The notes beneath the pieces were generated by a model. That model did no database searches. It had not been told where the DNA came from and saw only the letters and a list, made by a program, of their open reading frames with translations. The position numbers and the translations under genes are program-made. Below, one piece after another: positions 41,601 through 53,585 of a stretch of 64,000 nt of DNA (within the stretch, counting starts at the first letter, position 1; each line of letters begins with the position of its first letter). The stretch lies in NCBI GenBank assembly GCA_965218585.1, contig CBDCLE010000024.1, positions 32,001 to 96,000 on the forward strand, given 5' to 3'. The DNA comes from Terriglobia bacterium (lineage in GTDB: Bacteria; Acidobacteriota; Terriglobia; 20CM-2-55-15).

Positions 41601-42360
41601 ACAGGCCATGCTCGAGCGGATCGTCGAGGAAGGTTGGATTTCCCCGCGCGGCGTGATCGGTTTCTGGCCGGCGAACAGTTCAGGGGACGACATCGTTGTC
41701 TACACAGACGATGAACGCACCACATCGCGGGGTGCCTTCCACACGTTGCGACAGCAGTTGGTTAAGGCGTCCGGTCACAGGAACGTCGCGCTTGCGGATT
41801 ACATTGCCCCTGAAGGATCAGGAGCTGCTGATCATGTCGGTGGTTTTGCTGTAACGGCAGGGCATGGTGAGACCGCACGCGTGGAGGGCTTCAAAAGCGA
41901 ACACGACGACTATTCCGCTCTCATGCTGCAGGCCCTTACAGACCGGTTTGCCGAAGCCCTGGCCGAACGGATGCACGAGCGGGTCCGCCGCGAGTTTTGG
42001 GGTTATTCACCTGAAGAAAACTTCAATGCCGGAGAACTCCTTGCCGAGGGCTATCGCGGCATTCGACCGGCGCCGGGCTATCCCGCACAACCCGACCACA
42101 CGGAAAAGGGCTTCCTCTTCGACATCCTGGAGGCCGAATCCAGGACGGGAATAAAACTAACAGAAAGCTACGCTATGTGGCCCGGTGCGTCGGTCAGCGG
42201 GCTCTACTTCAGCCATCCCGAAAGCCGGTACCTCAGCGTGGGTAAGATCGCAGCCGACCAGGTGGAAGATTACGCGAAACGCAAGGGCATGAGCCGTCCG
42301 GACGTCGAACGCTGGTTGGCCCCGATACTTGCATACGTGCCCGCGCGTGACGTGGCCTAG
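38629..42360 (+). CDS. metH: Cobalamin-dependent methionine synthase
   Basis: [25 protein letters not shown], pterin domain, DVHDIGKN B12 motif, RPAPGYP activation domain; 1243 aa. Confidence 0.97.
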   Translation: MTHSERVVLLHREAASRILVLDGAMGTMIQQHKLTEADFRGDRFGEHGKDICGNNDIVALSQPELLREIHTEYFRAGADIGKTNTFNANPISQSDYGMVDLVYELNHAAATIAREAAYEIEVEDGRPRFVAGVMGPTNRTASMSPDVRDPGFRNVTFQDLREAYGAQARALVDGDVDILLLETIFDTLNAKAALFAIDELFEELGTTLPVMISGTITDRSGRILSGQTVEGFWNSVRHVEPFSIGLNCALGAKELRQYVEELSELADCLVSAHPNLGLPNELGGYDEPPETMAALVSEFADSGLANIVGGCCGTTPGHIAQVARAVAGVTPRVPTAPKNMLRLSGLEPLNHDPDRAAERTATFINIGERANVTGSAKFRKLIEADDFEAALEVARQQVQNGAQIIDVNMDEGMLDSEAVMVRFLNLIAGEPDIARVPVMIDSSKWSVIEAGLRAVQGKAIVNSISLKEGEAPFLRQARLAKRYGAAVVVMAFDENGQAGSADGKVEICTRSYKLLTEEVGIPPEDIIFDPNIFAVATGIEEHNEYAIAYIEAARRIKATLPHAHVSGGLSNLSFSFRGNNRVREAMHSVFLYYAIDAGMDMGIVNAGQLGIYEDLDPELREQIEDVILNRKPDATDRLVESAESLKGQASADTGPDLAWRDQLVEARIEHALVHGIAEFVVEDTEEARKEIGSPLEVLEGPLMDGMNTVGDLFGAGKMFLPQVVKSARVMKKAVAHLVPFMEQEKLEKGDTSETAGRIVLATVKGDVHDIGKNIVGVVLQCNNFEVVDLGAMVPAAEILETARDVGADLIGLSGLITPSLEEMGHVAAEMERQGFDIPLLIGGATTSRLHTAVKISPNYSKGPTIHVSDASRAVGAVQNLVSPEQRGRYLGEVSEEYSRIRDQHYAKDAGQGTLTLAQARANGLHADWSGYTPPRPRFTGLKDFPDYDLKELVDYIDWGPFFHAWELSGRYPEILKDPKKGKAAHALFDDAQAMLERIVEEGWISPRGVIGFWPANSSGDDIVVYTDDERTTSRGAFHTLRQQLVKASGHRNVALADYIAPEGSGAADHVGGFAVTAGHGETARVEGFKSEHDDYSALMLQALTDRFAEALAERMHERVRREFWGYSPEENFNAGELLAEGYRGIRPAPGYPAQPDHTEKGFLFDILEAESRTGIKLTESYAMWPGASVSGLYFSHPESRYLSVGKIAADQVEDYAKRKGMSRPDVERWLAPILAYVPARDVA

Positions 42361-44097
42361 CCCGCATATTTCACCGATAGGACCAGAAAAGGCCGCCCTG
42401 TCTGGCATAAAGCGTTTTGAAATAAACGCTTAACAAGCCAAACGGAGACGGCCCTTATGAGAACAGAGTGTAACCAAACGACGTTCGAATTTCACGGACT
42501 TCTTCAACGAAAAGTGAAGGCGCGTTTTGACGGCGGAAAGATCACCTCCGACGCTGGGGTTCTGCTGTTGAGGGAAGTGGAAAAGCGAACGGGTCTGATC
42601 GCCGGACTGGCCGAGTGTTTCAGGGATTACCGGGACGCGAGGTTGATCGAACACACGGTGAGCGAGTTATTGGGGCAGCGCGTCTACGGACTCTGTCTGG
42701 GCTACGAGGATCTGAACGATCATGACCAACTGCGGACCGATCCGATGCTGGCCGTGGCGGTGGATAAGGCCGATCCACTGGGGGAGAAGCGGCGGCAGGC
42801 CCGAGACCGGGGAAAAGCGTTGGCGGGCAAGTGTACGCTGAACCGGTTGGAACTGACCGGGGAGCAAGTCGATGGGAAGGAACGGTACAAGAAGATTGCC
42901 ATGGACCCGGACAAGATCGACCGCTGGATGGTGGATGCATTTGTGGCGGCTCACGGATCGGCGCCCGAGGAGATTGTTCTGGACCTGGATGCGACCGATG
43001 ATCCGATCCATGGCCATCAGGAAGGACGGTTCTTTCACGGCTACTACGGCAACTACTGTTATCTGCCGCTCTACATCTTTTCGGGAGAGCATCTGCTATG
43101 CGCCCGGTTGCGGTGCTCCAATGTCGACGGTGCGGACGGCGCCGTCGAGGAATTGAACCGCATCATCGGCCAGATCCGGCAGAGCTGGCCGGAGGTGTCG
43201 ATTATCATCCGGGCCGACTCGGGCTTTTGCCGGGATGAATTGCTGAGTTGGTGCGAGGCCCACCAGGTCGATTACGTGGTGGGTCTGGCCAAGAACGATC
43301 GGCTCAAGCGCGAGATCGCTGAATCGATGAGTCAGGCCGAAGCCGAGTTTAACGACACCGGGAAACCGGCGCGGGTGTTTAACGATTTCCGGTATCGCAC
43401 TCGGAAGAGCTGGACCTGCACCCGACGCGTCATCGGCAAGGCCGAGTTCCTGGAGAAAGGCGCCAATCCTCGATTCGTTGTGACCTCACTGTCGCCGGAA
43501 CGCCTGGACGCCCGCGCCCTCTATGAAGACTTTTACTGTGCGCGGGGCGACATGGAAAATCGCATCAAGGAACAGCAGTTGGATCTATTCGCCGACCGGA
43601 CCAGCGCGGCAACCATGCGCGCCAATCAACTCCGGCTCTATCTGTCCTCGGCCGCCTACATGCTCCTGCACGCGTTACGCCGTCTGGGACTGAAGAATAC
43701 CGATCTGGCCCGCGCTCAGTGCCAGACGATCCGCTTGAAGCTCCTCAAGATCGGAGCTCAAGTCCGTCTGACGGTTCGCAACATCTGGATCTCCATGTCG
43801 GAAGCCTATCCCTACGCCGAGGTCTTTGCCCTCGTCCATCGAAACCTGCAGGCGCTTCCTCTGCGCTGCTGAGAACCGACCCGATCCCCTGCGCCAAAAT
43901 CGACTCGCTCTTTTCGGCTCCGCCGAGGTTTGTCTCAGTGCGTTTCGTCACCCTCTTCTGAACCCGAAAACGCAGCAACTCCCGCTTGTCGACACCGCCG
44001 AGTCACGCCACACATGCCCAATTCGAACCCAGATCCTCCCGAATCCGATTCTTACTGCCCAAATCCCCCTGATCGCCGGACTGGTGAAACATGCGGG
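42361..44097 (+). mobile_element. IS1380-family insertion sequence flanked by CTAG
   Basis: IRs CCCGCATATTTCACC / GGTGAAACATGCGGG (14/15); CTAG at 42357-42360 and 44098-44101. Confidence 0.92.
42457..43872 (+). CDS. IS1380-family transposase
   Basis: FDGGKITSDAG, GYEDLNDHD, LDLDATDD, RADSGF, YCARGDMENRIKE. Confidence 0.95.
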   Translation: MRTECNQTTFEFHGLLQRKVKARFDGGKITSDAGVLLLREVEKRTGLIAGLAECFRDYRDARLIEHTVSELLGQRVYGLCLGYEDLNDHDQLRTDPMLAVAVDKADPLGEKRRQARDRGKALAGKCTLNRLELTGEQVDGKERYKKIAMDPDKIDRWMVDAFVAAHGSAPEEIVLDLDATDDPIHGHQEGRFFHGYYGNYCYLPLYIFSGEHLLCARLRCSNVDGADGAVEELNRIIGQIRQSWPEVSIIIRADSGFCRDELLSWCEAHQVDYVVGLAKNDRLKREIAESMSQAEAEFNDTGKPARVFNDFRYRTRKSWTCTRRVIGKAEFLEKGANPRFVVTSLSPERLDARALYEDFYCARGDMENRIKEQQLDLFADRTSAATMRANQLRLYLSSAAYMLLHALRRLGLKNTDLARAQCQTIRLKLLKIGAQVRLTVRNIWISMSEAYPYAEVFALVHRNLQALPLRC

Positions 44098-46701
44098 CTA
44101 GGTAAGAAGCGGGTCGGCGATGATCTCTACCAGCGAGGGAGTGTTGCTGGCAAGTGCTTCATCCAGGGCTGAACGAAGCTCGGCAGCGTTCTCGACCCGG
44201 AAGCCGGCGCCTCCACAAAGCACCGCGTAGTCGGCAAAGTTCACGTTGTGCAGGCCCGTTTGCCACACCTCCCATTCGCCGTCTCTTTGTTCCTTGGAGA
44301 TTTTTCCCAGTTCGGAATTGTTCAGCAGAACGTGCGTAATGTTCATGCCGTACTTTACAGCGGTCATGAATTCGCCCATGTACTGTCCAAACCCTCCGTC
44401 TCCACTGACGGAAACGACTTTGCGGTCGGGGGCCGCAGTCCAGGCGCCCATGGCGGCAGGAAAGCCGAACCCGATCGAACCCAGGTAACCCGACATCAGG
44501 ACCGACTGCTGTTTGCATTCGAAATAACGGCCGAATGAATAGGTGTTGTTGCCGACATCGACGCTCAAGATAGCGTCCTCAGGAACTGCCTCGCTGAGCT
44601 GGGAGAAAATCACTGCCGAATTGATGCCCTCTCCGTTGTCTTTCCCCGCCCGGGCATGTTTTTCTTCCCTCCAGAGCTGCCATCGTTCGGCGAGTTCGTC
44701 ACGTTGGATAGACTCGGTCCTCGATTCTCCGAGCCGGTCGAGAAGAAGATGTGCCGTTGTGCCGATGTCGCCCCATACAGGTTCGTCCACACTGTGGAAT
44801 TTACCCAGAGCCATCCGGTCGAAATCCACCTGGATGATGGGTTTGTTCGTCGCGATGCCTGTGTGTGCCGCAAACGATGCGCCAAAAGTGATGAGTAGAT
44901 CTGCCTCGTTCATGAACCAACTGGCAACAGGGGTTCCGCTACGTCCCAAGACGTCGGCACCGAGCGGGTGCGAATCGCTGATCAGTCCCTTTGCTTTGAA
45001 CGTGGTCAGAACCGGACAAGCGAGAGCTTCGGCCAGTGCTACGACGTCGGAGATGCCACTGGAGGCGCCATGCCCGACGATGATGACTGGACGTTTGGCG
45101 CGCCAGATCCGATATAGCGCGTAATCAATTGCCTGCGGTGGTGGGGTGATGTCGACACCGCTGACGCGTCCTTCCCTGGGCGCCGGACCCTGGGCCCCTG
45201 CATCGAGTGTCTGGACTTCGTCGGGAAATATAAGGTGGGCGACGTCGCGTTCGACGATAGCGGTTTTTAGTGCAAGCGCTGCCAGTTCGGCATGATTGCT
45301 TCCGGGAAGGATGGTCTGGCTGAAGCGGGCGACGGCTTCAAATGCGGAGGCCAGGTCGATTTCCTGAAACGCACCCGGCCCCATCACCTAGGTGTTGATC
45401 TGTCCCGTTAAAGCAATCACCGGAGCGCGGTCGACCTTGGCATCCCAAAGACCCGTCAGCAGGTTGGTCGCTCCCGGGCCGGCGATAGCCAGGCATGCCG
45501 CGGGTCTTCCCGAAACCTTGGCGTATCCCGAGCATGCGAATGCGGCCGCACCCTCGTGCCGGACACCGATGTAGCGCATCTTTCCGTGGCCTTCCTGAAT
45601 TCGTATGGCTTCAGCGAGTCCGAGGTTTGAATGGCCTACCATTCCAAAGACCGTGTCCACGCCCCATTCCACCAGGGTTTCTGCAATCACATGGCTGACG
45701 GTCCATGCCGAGCGAGTCGGCTTTCCCGCTTTGACCTCGACCTCGCCCTCGGTTTCGCGGGCGTCGAGCACTTCGACTTCATATTCGTTGCCGACTCCTT
45801 TGCCGGTCGTGAGAGAGAAATCGTAACCGTGCCAGGGACACCGGACGGCTCCGTCACATAGGAGGCCTTCACCGAGCGGTCCTCCCTGGTGCGGGCAGAG
45901 CCCGTCCACTGCATGCCATTCCCCGGTCTTCACCAGTGCTACTGATTTTTCATTGACCGACACGGCATGAACCTGCTCAGGGTCGAAATCAGCCGCCTTA
46001 CCGACTCCGACCCAGCCTTCTTCTTGTTCGCCTCCGGATCGGCTGGCTTCCGATATCGTCAGTCCCTCGTCATCCTTGAATCCGCTATACCAATGGCTGC
46101 CGTCACAGAAAGGCTTGTTCCGCGACGCGCCGCAGCGGCACAAGGCGTAGTGCTCTTCGGTTGCCCCCTCGCCGAGAGCTGCGCCCTCTAGCCGGACCCC
46201 GCCCCGCACGTGGTACGGCCCGTTGCGTACAACCTGGACCTCTGGCGTGTCCGAATAGGAGAGATGAACGTCGCCATCCTGTTCGTAACCAAGCGCCCCC
46301 GAGGGGCATTTCCGGATGATTCGGATCGCTTCTTCAGGAGAGGCTCCGTCGGGGTCGATCCAGGGCTCGACGCCGGTGCGCCAGACCTTGGGCAACTCGT
46401 CGCTGCAGTACGCAGCGTGCGAACAGACCCCGCGGTTGTCGCGGATGCGTATTCCCTTTCCTTCGTAGATCTCCAGCTTGTCTGGAACCCGTTCGCCCGA
46501 TACCTCGTCACGCCAGCCAGTTGTCAGGTGTGTCCGGTCGCAGTAAGGCTTCTTCCCAGAGTCGCCGCAGCGGCACAGGGAGAGCACCTTGCGCGGCGCG
46601 ATGGGTTCTCTTCTCGAATTCAGGAAACGGTCGAGGCCGTGGATCAGCAGGGATCCATCCTTTTCAAAATCGATGAATGGCTTGGATGGGTTGTCGCTCA
46701 A
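44098..46701 (-). pseudogene. CDGSH / Fe-S / CDGSH / Rieske / TPP-enzyme (pyruvate oxidase-like) fusion with an in-frame TAG at 45388-45390
   Basis: CRCGDS..KPYCDRTH, CSHAAYC...CPSGAL, CRCGASRNKPFCDGSH, CPHQG...CPWHG, RHEGAAAF, GPGATN, GDGG...NN; GQINT*VMGPG continues in frame (867 codons). Confidence 0.85.
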
Positions 46702-46950
46702 GGTTCTCCTCTTAACCCTGATCTGTGGAAATGGTGGCAGCTATTGTAGCAGCTGGAAGGCTTGAATTCGGCAGCGTGGACTGCGGTTCCTAACTGGGGC
46801 GTGTGCGCCGAATCTTGTCTTTTAGGGGGGACTCGCTTCCTCCGCCAACTGCTGGAATCTTCAGAATTCTCAAAGTGTCACGTTCGCTGGTGTCTATTCG
46901 ATAGGCGGAGGTCTCCTAAGGAGTAGCAGGCCTGCCGGGGAACGGGGGGC

Positions 46951-48216
46951 TTACCTCAAATACGGAATCGTCTGTGGGCCCTGCGGCAAGACACACAGCG
47001 TAGGCTTCGGTCCAGCCTTGGCCAGGGCTGTCCGTGTGGCTTGACCGACGTCGGCGATGGGTTCGAAGTGGGCCGACCGGATCTTAGCGTCCGAGAGGGC
47101 ATCGGATTTGACCATCACGTTTGCCTTGAGCTGGATCTGTGCCTGGACCTGCACCTGCCATTGGTCCGGTCTGCGATATCCGGGTGCGGTAATCTTGTCG
47201 AGCATGTCCTCGGGAGAATTGCAGGACGCGAGGATCTCTCCATATGCACCGTGGTCGGGAACGCCGTCCCGGCACTCAGCCGCACAGATAATAGTTCCAC
47301 CCTGCCTTACAATTTTTGCCGCAGCAGACATTCCTTTGACTGATTGGTAGAGGTTTTGATCGAGGGGATAGCCGGAGTTTGTCGTCACGACGACGTCGAA
47401 CGGAGCATCGACTGCCTGCATCGCATTCGTTTGGGCATGGAGACACGCCGCTGCGTGTTCGGCGAATAGTTCTCCGGCAAAAGCTGCGGTGATTTCCTGT
47501 CGGCGATTAAGCGTGACGTCCACGGCGAAATCCACGCCCGTCATCCGTGAGATTTCCCGCACGTCGTCGTGAATCGGATTACCCTCGGTAACGCCCCAGG
47601 TAGCCCGTGGATCCCCAATCCTGCGGGAATCGTGCAGGTGCATTACCGTATCGAGGCCGGCCAATCCCGGCGCCACCATCTTGGGGCCTCCGCTGAATCC
47701 TGCAAAGAAATGCGGTTCGACGAAACCTGTCGTGATCTTGAAGTCCGACCGGGCCCATTCCCTGTTCAATAAAATCGGAACGCCCGTGGCGGTTTCTCCA
47801 ACCCAGGTCAGGGATGAGTCGTCCCGTGCATCGTGGCAGACGATGCGATAGTTCGTCGCGATGTCATCTCCCAGCATTTCCTGGAGCTCATCGGGAGTAT
47901 TGGCGCGATGGGTTCCGGTTGCGATGAACAGCGTAATGTCTGAAGGTCTCACATCCGGCATTTCCGAAAACAGGGCTTCCAGCATCAATTGCCGGGGCTG
48001 TGCCCGCGTGATGTCACAAACAGAAATGCCGATCCTCTGTCCGGAACGGATCAGGTCAGAAAGAGGGCGGCTTGACGTGGGTGTCCGAAAGACATCTCTC
48101 AACATGTCCCTGGGGTTGTCGGCCCCTGGCTGGTCTTTCGGTTCGATGACGGTGGTTTGTGCGTCGGGTAAGTCGACCTCCAGCCCTGTTGTGCCGTAGT
48201 CCAGGTTGACTATCAA
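46951..48216 (-). CDS. larA: Nickel-pincer-dependent lactate racemase family protein
   Basis: DITR, ATGTHR, HD, EPHFFAGFSGGPK, GYPLDQNLYQSVKG, DQWQ. Confidence 0.88.
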   Translation of the reverse strand: MIVNLDYGTTGLEVDLPDAQTTVIEPKDQPGADNPRDMLRDVFRTPTSSRPLSDLIRSGQRIGISVCDITRAQPRQLMLEALFSEMPDVRPSDITLFIATGTHRANTPDELQEMLGDDIATNYRIVCHDARDDSSLTWVGETATGVPILLNREWARSDFKITTGFVEPHFFAGFSGGPKMVAPGLAGLDTVMHLHDSRRIGDPRATWGVTEGNPIHDDVREISRMTGVDFAVDVTLNRRQEITAAFAGELFAEHAAACLHAQTNAMQAVDAPFDVVVTTNSGYPLDQNLYQSVKGMSAAAKIVRQGGTIICAAECRDGVPDHGAYGEILASCNSPEDMLDKITAPGYRRPDQWQVQVQAQIQLKANVMVKSDALSDAKIRSAHFEPIADVGQATRTALAKAGPKPTLCVLPQGPQTIPYLR

Positions 48217-48234
48217 GCTCCAGTCTCCAAATAC

Positions 48235-48301
48235 GGGGAGAGACTACTCAATCCCTGTTCCCTCGGGATGTTGGAGTTCGGGGATTCGGCAGTCTGTCCC
48301 C
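48235..48301. repeat. REP-like inverted repeat (GGGGACAGAC family)
   Basis: GGGGAGAGACTACTCAATCCC ... GGGATTCGGCAGTCTGTCCCC, 17/21 complementary, intergenic. Confidence 0.6.
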
Positions 48302-48308
48302 ACGATTC

Positions 48309-49721
48309 CTAAATGAGGCCAACGAGAGGGGCGATGATCATCATGGCTGCCGTCATCACGATGACCCAGACGAAGCTGATGATGGCGCCAGGGATGAACA
48401 TGTCCATCATCTTGTAGTAACCCTTGCTGAAAGTAATCAACGGCACGGCATCCAGCGGCAAGAGGAACGCGCAGGAAGTCGTGAATGCGATCGGAAGCGC
48501 GTAGAGAACAGGATTCGTCCCGGCGGCCTCTGCGAGGAGCATGATGGGAGGAATCATGACGGCGACGATGACCGGGTTGATCGGCAGCATGAGGTGAATC
48601 ACGACCGTGAAAGCGCTGATCAGAATCAGAATCAAGAGTGTGTTCACGTCAGCCAGACCGCCGAGAAGTGAGTCAACTAGCCATCGCGCCAAACCCGAGC
48701 TGGACGATGCCGCCCCCAGTGTCGTCACGCCGCCTAGCATGATGAGGATGTCCCAGCCCACTGCGTTCTGAGCCTCCTGCCAGGAAAAGAGTCGGATTCC
48801 GGGTAAGAACATTGCGCATCCGCCGCACATCGCGACCAGCGTGACGTCAAGAGCCGGCACCCACGTGCTCAGAATCCATAGCACCATCAGGGTTCCAACG
48901 ATAACGATGACCTTCCATTCGGCCGAACTGATCGGTCCGAGCCCTCGACGCTCTTCCTCAATTTCTTCCGCCGTGCCGATCGACTCGATCTCGGGCGGAA
49001 ATGCCTTTCCCAGGATATAGGCCGCGATCGGAAGTAGTACGATCACCATCGGAATCCCGATCGCCATCCATGAAAGAAAAGGTATCCGGGGGCCGCCGTT
49101 TTGCTCGATCACGACGATACCGAGAATATTGATTGCACTCCCGGCCGGAGTGCCGATGCCCCCAATCAGCGCGCCGATGGGTATTCCCACCATGATCGAT
49201 TTAGCAAACTGTGATCCCGGTTTCAGACCCAACTTCGCGAAGATGCCGAGCGCGATAGCCATGAACACGGCCGTGCTCGGCACGTCCGACATCGTCAAAG
49301 AAATCATCCCGCTGCCGAAGATGAATACGTAAAGCACCCGTTTCGAATCCGTACCTGCTTTGGAAATCATCCAGAGCGCAAACCTGCGTGCGAGTCCTGT
49401 CTTGAGCCAGGCCAGAGAGATCAAAAACATCACCAGGACGAAGAAGAAGACAGGACTGATGAAATTGCCGAAGGCCATGCCAAGCGTGCTGAGTCCGAAG
49501 ATGGGTTGGAAAATCAGCGCGATCAGCGCTGTTGTTGCAATCGGCAACGCTTCGGTCGCCCACAAGACGAGTATTCCGACCAACAGGGCTCCCAGCCTCT
49601 GACCCTCAGCGGACAGACCCTCGGGGGTGGGCAGGCTCAACACGACTGCTGTTGCCACGATCGCCCCTGCGATTCCCCATATTGCTGAATTGCCGTTCGA
49701 AATGTCGGGAGTCCGCCCCAT
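48309..49721 (-). CDS. DASS/SLC13 family anion:sodium symporter
   Basis: LWATEALP, GLARRFAL, IGGIGTPAGSAIN, SCAFLLP; about 12 TM helices. Confidence 0.88.
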   Translation of the reverse strand: MGRTPDISNGNSAIWGIAGAIVATAVVLSLPTPEGLSAEGQRLGALLVGILVLWATEALPIATTALIALIFQPIFGLSTLGMAFGNFISPVFFFVLVMFLISLAWLKTGLARRFALWMISKAGTDSKRVLYVFIFGSGMISLTMSDVPSTAVFMAIALGIFAKLGLKPGSQFAKSIMVGIPIGALIGGIGTPAGSAINILGIVVIEQNGGPRIPFLSWMAIGIPMVIVLLPIAAYILGKAFPPEIESIGTAEEIEEERRGLGPISSAEWKVIVIVGTLMVLWILSTWVPALDVTLVAMCGGCAMFLPGIRLFSWQEAQNAVGWDILIMLGGVTTLGAASSSSGLARWLVDSLLGGLADVNTLLILILISAFTVVIHLMLPINPVIVAVMIPPIMLLAEAAGTNPVLYALPIAFTTSCAFLLPLDAVPLITFSKGYYKMMDMFIPGAIISFVWVIVMTAAMMIIAPLVGLI

Positions 49722-49866
49722 CCTTCGCTCCTTTGTTGTCCTTGAGAAGCGGTACTCTACCATGTCTGGACAGCCATAGCATCAACTCGAGGCACGCGGC
49801 GAGCATCCCATTTCCAGGAACTCTGGGCCCCGGGGTTACGAAACAGATTGAACAGCGCGGTGAGGT

Positions 49867-50256
49867 TTATTCTTCGTCCAGGATGGCCATGATTTCACAC
49901 TGAACGAGATAATTTTGCGGAAGATCCTGATTCTGAAACGTATGGCGGGCGGGTTGCGATTCCGGATCCGGAAACATTGCAATCCATTCTTCGTTGAGGT
50001 GGGTCTTGTCTTCGCCTCTGAGCCATACCGAGAGCTTGAGGATGTCATCGATCGATCCGCCGGCCGCTTCCATGATGCGAGGGATGTTTCGAAACATTAG
50101 CGCGCACTGGCTCTTGAGATCGTCCCCTGTCTGACCGGTCTGTGGATCTTTTCCGGGGATGGCCCCGGTCACGAGCAGGGAACCGATTCGCGTCACAAGC
50201 GGAATCGGGTTCATGTGTTCGAGACCCTCTACTTTGATAACAGTTCTTCTGTTCAT
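49867..50256 (-). CDS. RidA/YjgF family protein
   Basis: HMNPIP, G.DP.TG, EWIAMFPDPESQPARHT, VQCEIMA. Confidence 0.85.
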   Translation of the reverse strand: MNRRTVIKVEGLEHMNPIPLVTRIGSLLVTGAIPGKDPQTGQTGDDLKSQCALMFRNIPRIMEAAGGSIDDILKLSVWLRGEDKTHLNEEWIAMFPDPESQPARHTFQNQDLPQNYLVQCEIMAILDEE

Positions 50257-50344
50257 GGCAGCCGAGGGGGCACCGCACACCCGTTCATGAAGTGGTAGTC
50301 CCGCTCTTGAATTCGCGGATCAGAGCCTCCTGGGAGCGCACCCC

Positions 50345-50426
50345 GAGTTTCGATGTTCAGGTCTGTGGAAACACGGATGATCGCGTCCGGAGACTCGTCG
50401 ACGATCTGGGCCAGTTGTTCGGCCAT
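50345..50426 (-). pseudogene. N-terminal PAS-domain remnant
   Basis: MAEQLAQIVDESPDAIIRVSTDLNIET is a typical PAS start; similarity ends abruptly. Confidence 0.45.
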
Positions 50427-50670
50427 TGTCTTGTTATTGCTCGTCACAGTTGTTCGGTACGGACTCGACTCAAATGAACGAAAGGAGGTACCCCTTGCGA
50501 ATGGAAAGGCGCATTGTAGCCCGATGAGTTCCGACATCCAAGTTTCTGGTCGTCGGGCAGAGGCTATCGGATGGACATGTCATTTCGCAAATGGAAGATA
50601 GTCCGGGGAAAGAGATACCAGGTGAAGAGTAGATCCCGCTGACTGATACACTTGCCCGAGGGGCAATCGC

Positions 50671-52071
50671 ATGATGTGGCATCGTTCAACGGTAGGCGTC
50701 GGCCTTCTCCTGTTCTGGCTGGGCCTGGCGACTTCACCAGTCGCAGCGCAGGTAGGCGTTGCCGATCCCGAAGTCCTCGATGCATGCGATTCCCTAGCTG
50801 CAGTCCTGGAGTCGGAGGGTGGATTCGGCAACCTCGTCAACCCGGTCCTGACAAACCCGGCCCAGATCGAGTCGACGGTAGAAGGCTATAGAGAAATGTT
50901 GTCCTGCCTTGACTCCGTTCCCATAGCGACCACATCAGTGGATTGGTCGCGGAACCTGAGGTATCACCTTCGTCTATTTCTTTCGTTCGCCGAGCCCGGC
51001 GGAATCAGTGCCCAAAACTCCCGTCTCGAATTGGTGGATCTGGAGACGAGCCAGGATACTGCCGTGCGTCGACTTATAGAAGAGGTTGGCCTCGCACCGC
51101 CGGAAGGTCTCGTTCTTGTTCGGTATTTCCGAAGCAGGGAGCAGATGCCGGAAAACATCCGGAGAGCCTTTGAAAACCCCCAGACACAAGCAGTGACGAT
51201 GTCCTCCCGTTACGTTGCCGTTTTGACCTCGTCGGGAGGTTTCATCGAGGGCCGGATTGGAAATGATGCTTTGGCGGCGACGTTTTCCCACGAACTCGTC
51301 CACGCCTTTTTGAGCGCGCGCCTGAATCCGGAGCTTTCGCCGGTAGGGTTTCCCCGATGGTTTCACGAAGCAATGGCGATCCACTACAGTGACGGCGGGC
51401 GGGCGCACACCAGCATCGATCCTGTAACAGGGGGCCTGCTGACTACCGAGCCCACCGTCCAGTATGAGCAATACGAAAGAGTGTTTCGTTATCTGGAGTC
51501 CGAACTGGGCTCTGACCGGTTTAGCAGAGAAGTGCGACGCTCGGTGGAGGACGTTGATCCATCCGTTCTATATGCTGCGCTCGAGCTCGCTTCCTACGAA
51601 GAGCTCGTGATAGATGCAGAGCTGTGGTGGCGATGGTGGCCGGTGCCACTTGTGTTCGTCCGCGGTCCCAACGCCTGGTTGTACGGCGGACTGATGGTCG
51701 CTTTGGCCATCGGTGCTTTCGCCGCCTGGCGTCGATGGCAACCCGCCGTTCCCGGATCTGCGTTAGAGGTCGGTGTCGACAGCGATCTGATTGAGTCCGT
51801 AAAACTGGGCGACGTTCAGGGTATGGGTTATATGCTTCGATCGGGTGCAAATCCTGAGGCCTCCGACGAGGCGGGTTGGTCTGCTCTGGCTTGGGCTGTT
51901 TGGGTCAATAATGCCAAGGCTGTTGAGTTGCTGCTGAACAGCGGGGCAGAGGTAACCCATGAGGTTCGCACTCTCGTTGAATCGCGTGATTGTTCTCCAG
52001 AAATCGTCAGCGCAATCGCCGATGCTCTGACGCGGGAGGATGAGGACTCCGTTGAAATGGATCGAGGCTGA
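50671..52071 (+). CDS. Exported HExxH (peptidase MA-like) domain + TM helix + cytoplasmic ankyrin repeat protein
   Basis: Signal peptide; SHELVH...PRWFHEAMA; TM LYGGLMVALAIGAFAAW-RR; GWSALAWAV..NNAKAVELLLNSGA. Confidence 0.7.
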   Translation: MMWHRSTVGVGLLLFWLGLATSPVAAQVGVADPEVLDACDSLAAVLESEGGFGNLVNPVLTNPAQIESTVEGYREMLSCLDSVPIATTSVDWSRNLRYHLRLFLSFAEPGGISAQNSRLELVDLETSQDTAVRRLIEEVGLAPPEGLVLVRYFRSREQMPENIRRAFENPQTQAVTMSSRYVAVLTSSGGFIEGRIGNDALAATFSHELVHAFLSARLNPELSPVGFPRWFHEAMAIHYSDGGRAHTSIDPVTGGLLTTEPTVQYEQYERVFRYLESELGSDRFSREVRRSVEDVDPSVLYAALELASYEELVIDAELWWRWWPVPLVFVRGPNAWLYGGLMVALAIGAFAAWRRWQPAVPGSALEVGVDSDLIESVKLGDVQGMGYMLRSGANPEASDEAGWSALAWAVWVNNAKAVELLLNSGAEVTHEVRTLVESRDCSPEIVSAIADALTREDEDSVEMDRG

Positions 52072-52088
52072 ATGAGCTTCGAATATAG

Positions 52089-53540
<1,452 letters not shown>

Positions 53541-53585
53541 AACTCTTGAGGAACCAACCTGCCAACAGACCAACCAGGAGGACGT

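Noticed and set aside
3750-45390. Two in-frame TAGs suggesting amber recoding (Gln or pyrrolysine)
   Set aside because: TAG is the normal stop of several genes here (DUF488, metH, the MerB-like gene). The sites are non-catalytic, no pyl genes are in the window, and CAG>TAG is a common nonsense change in a region with many other lesions.
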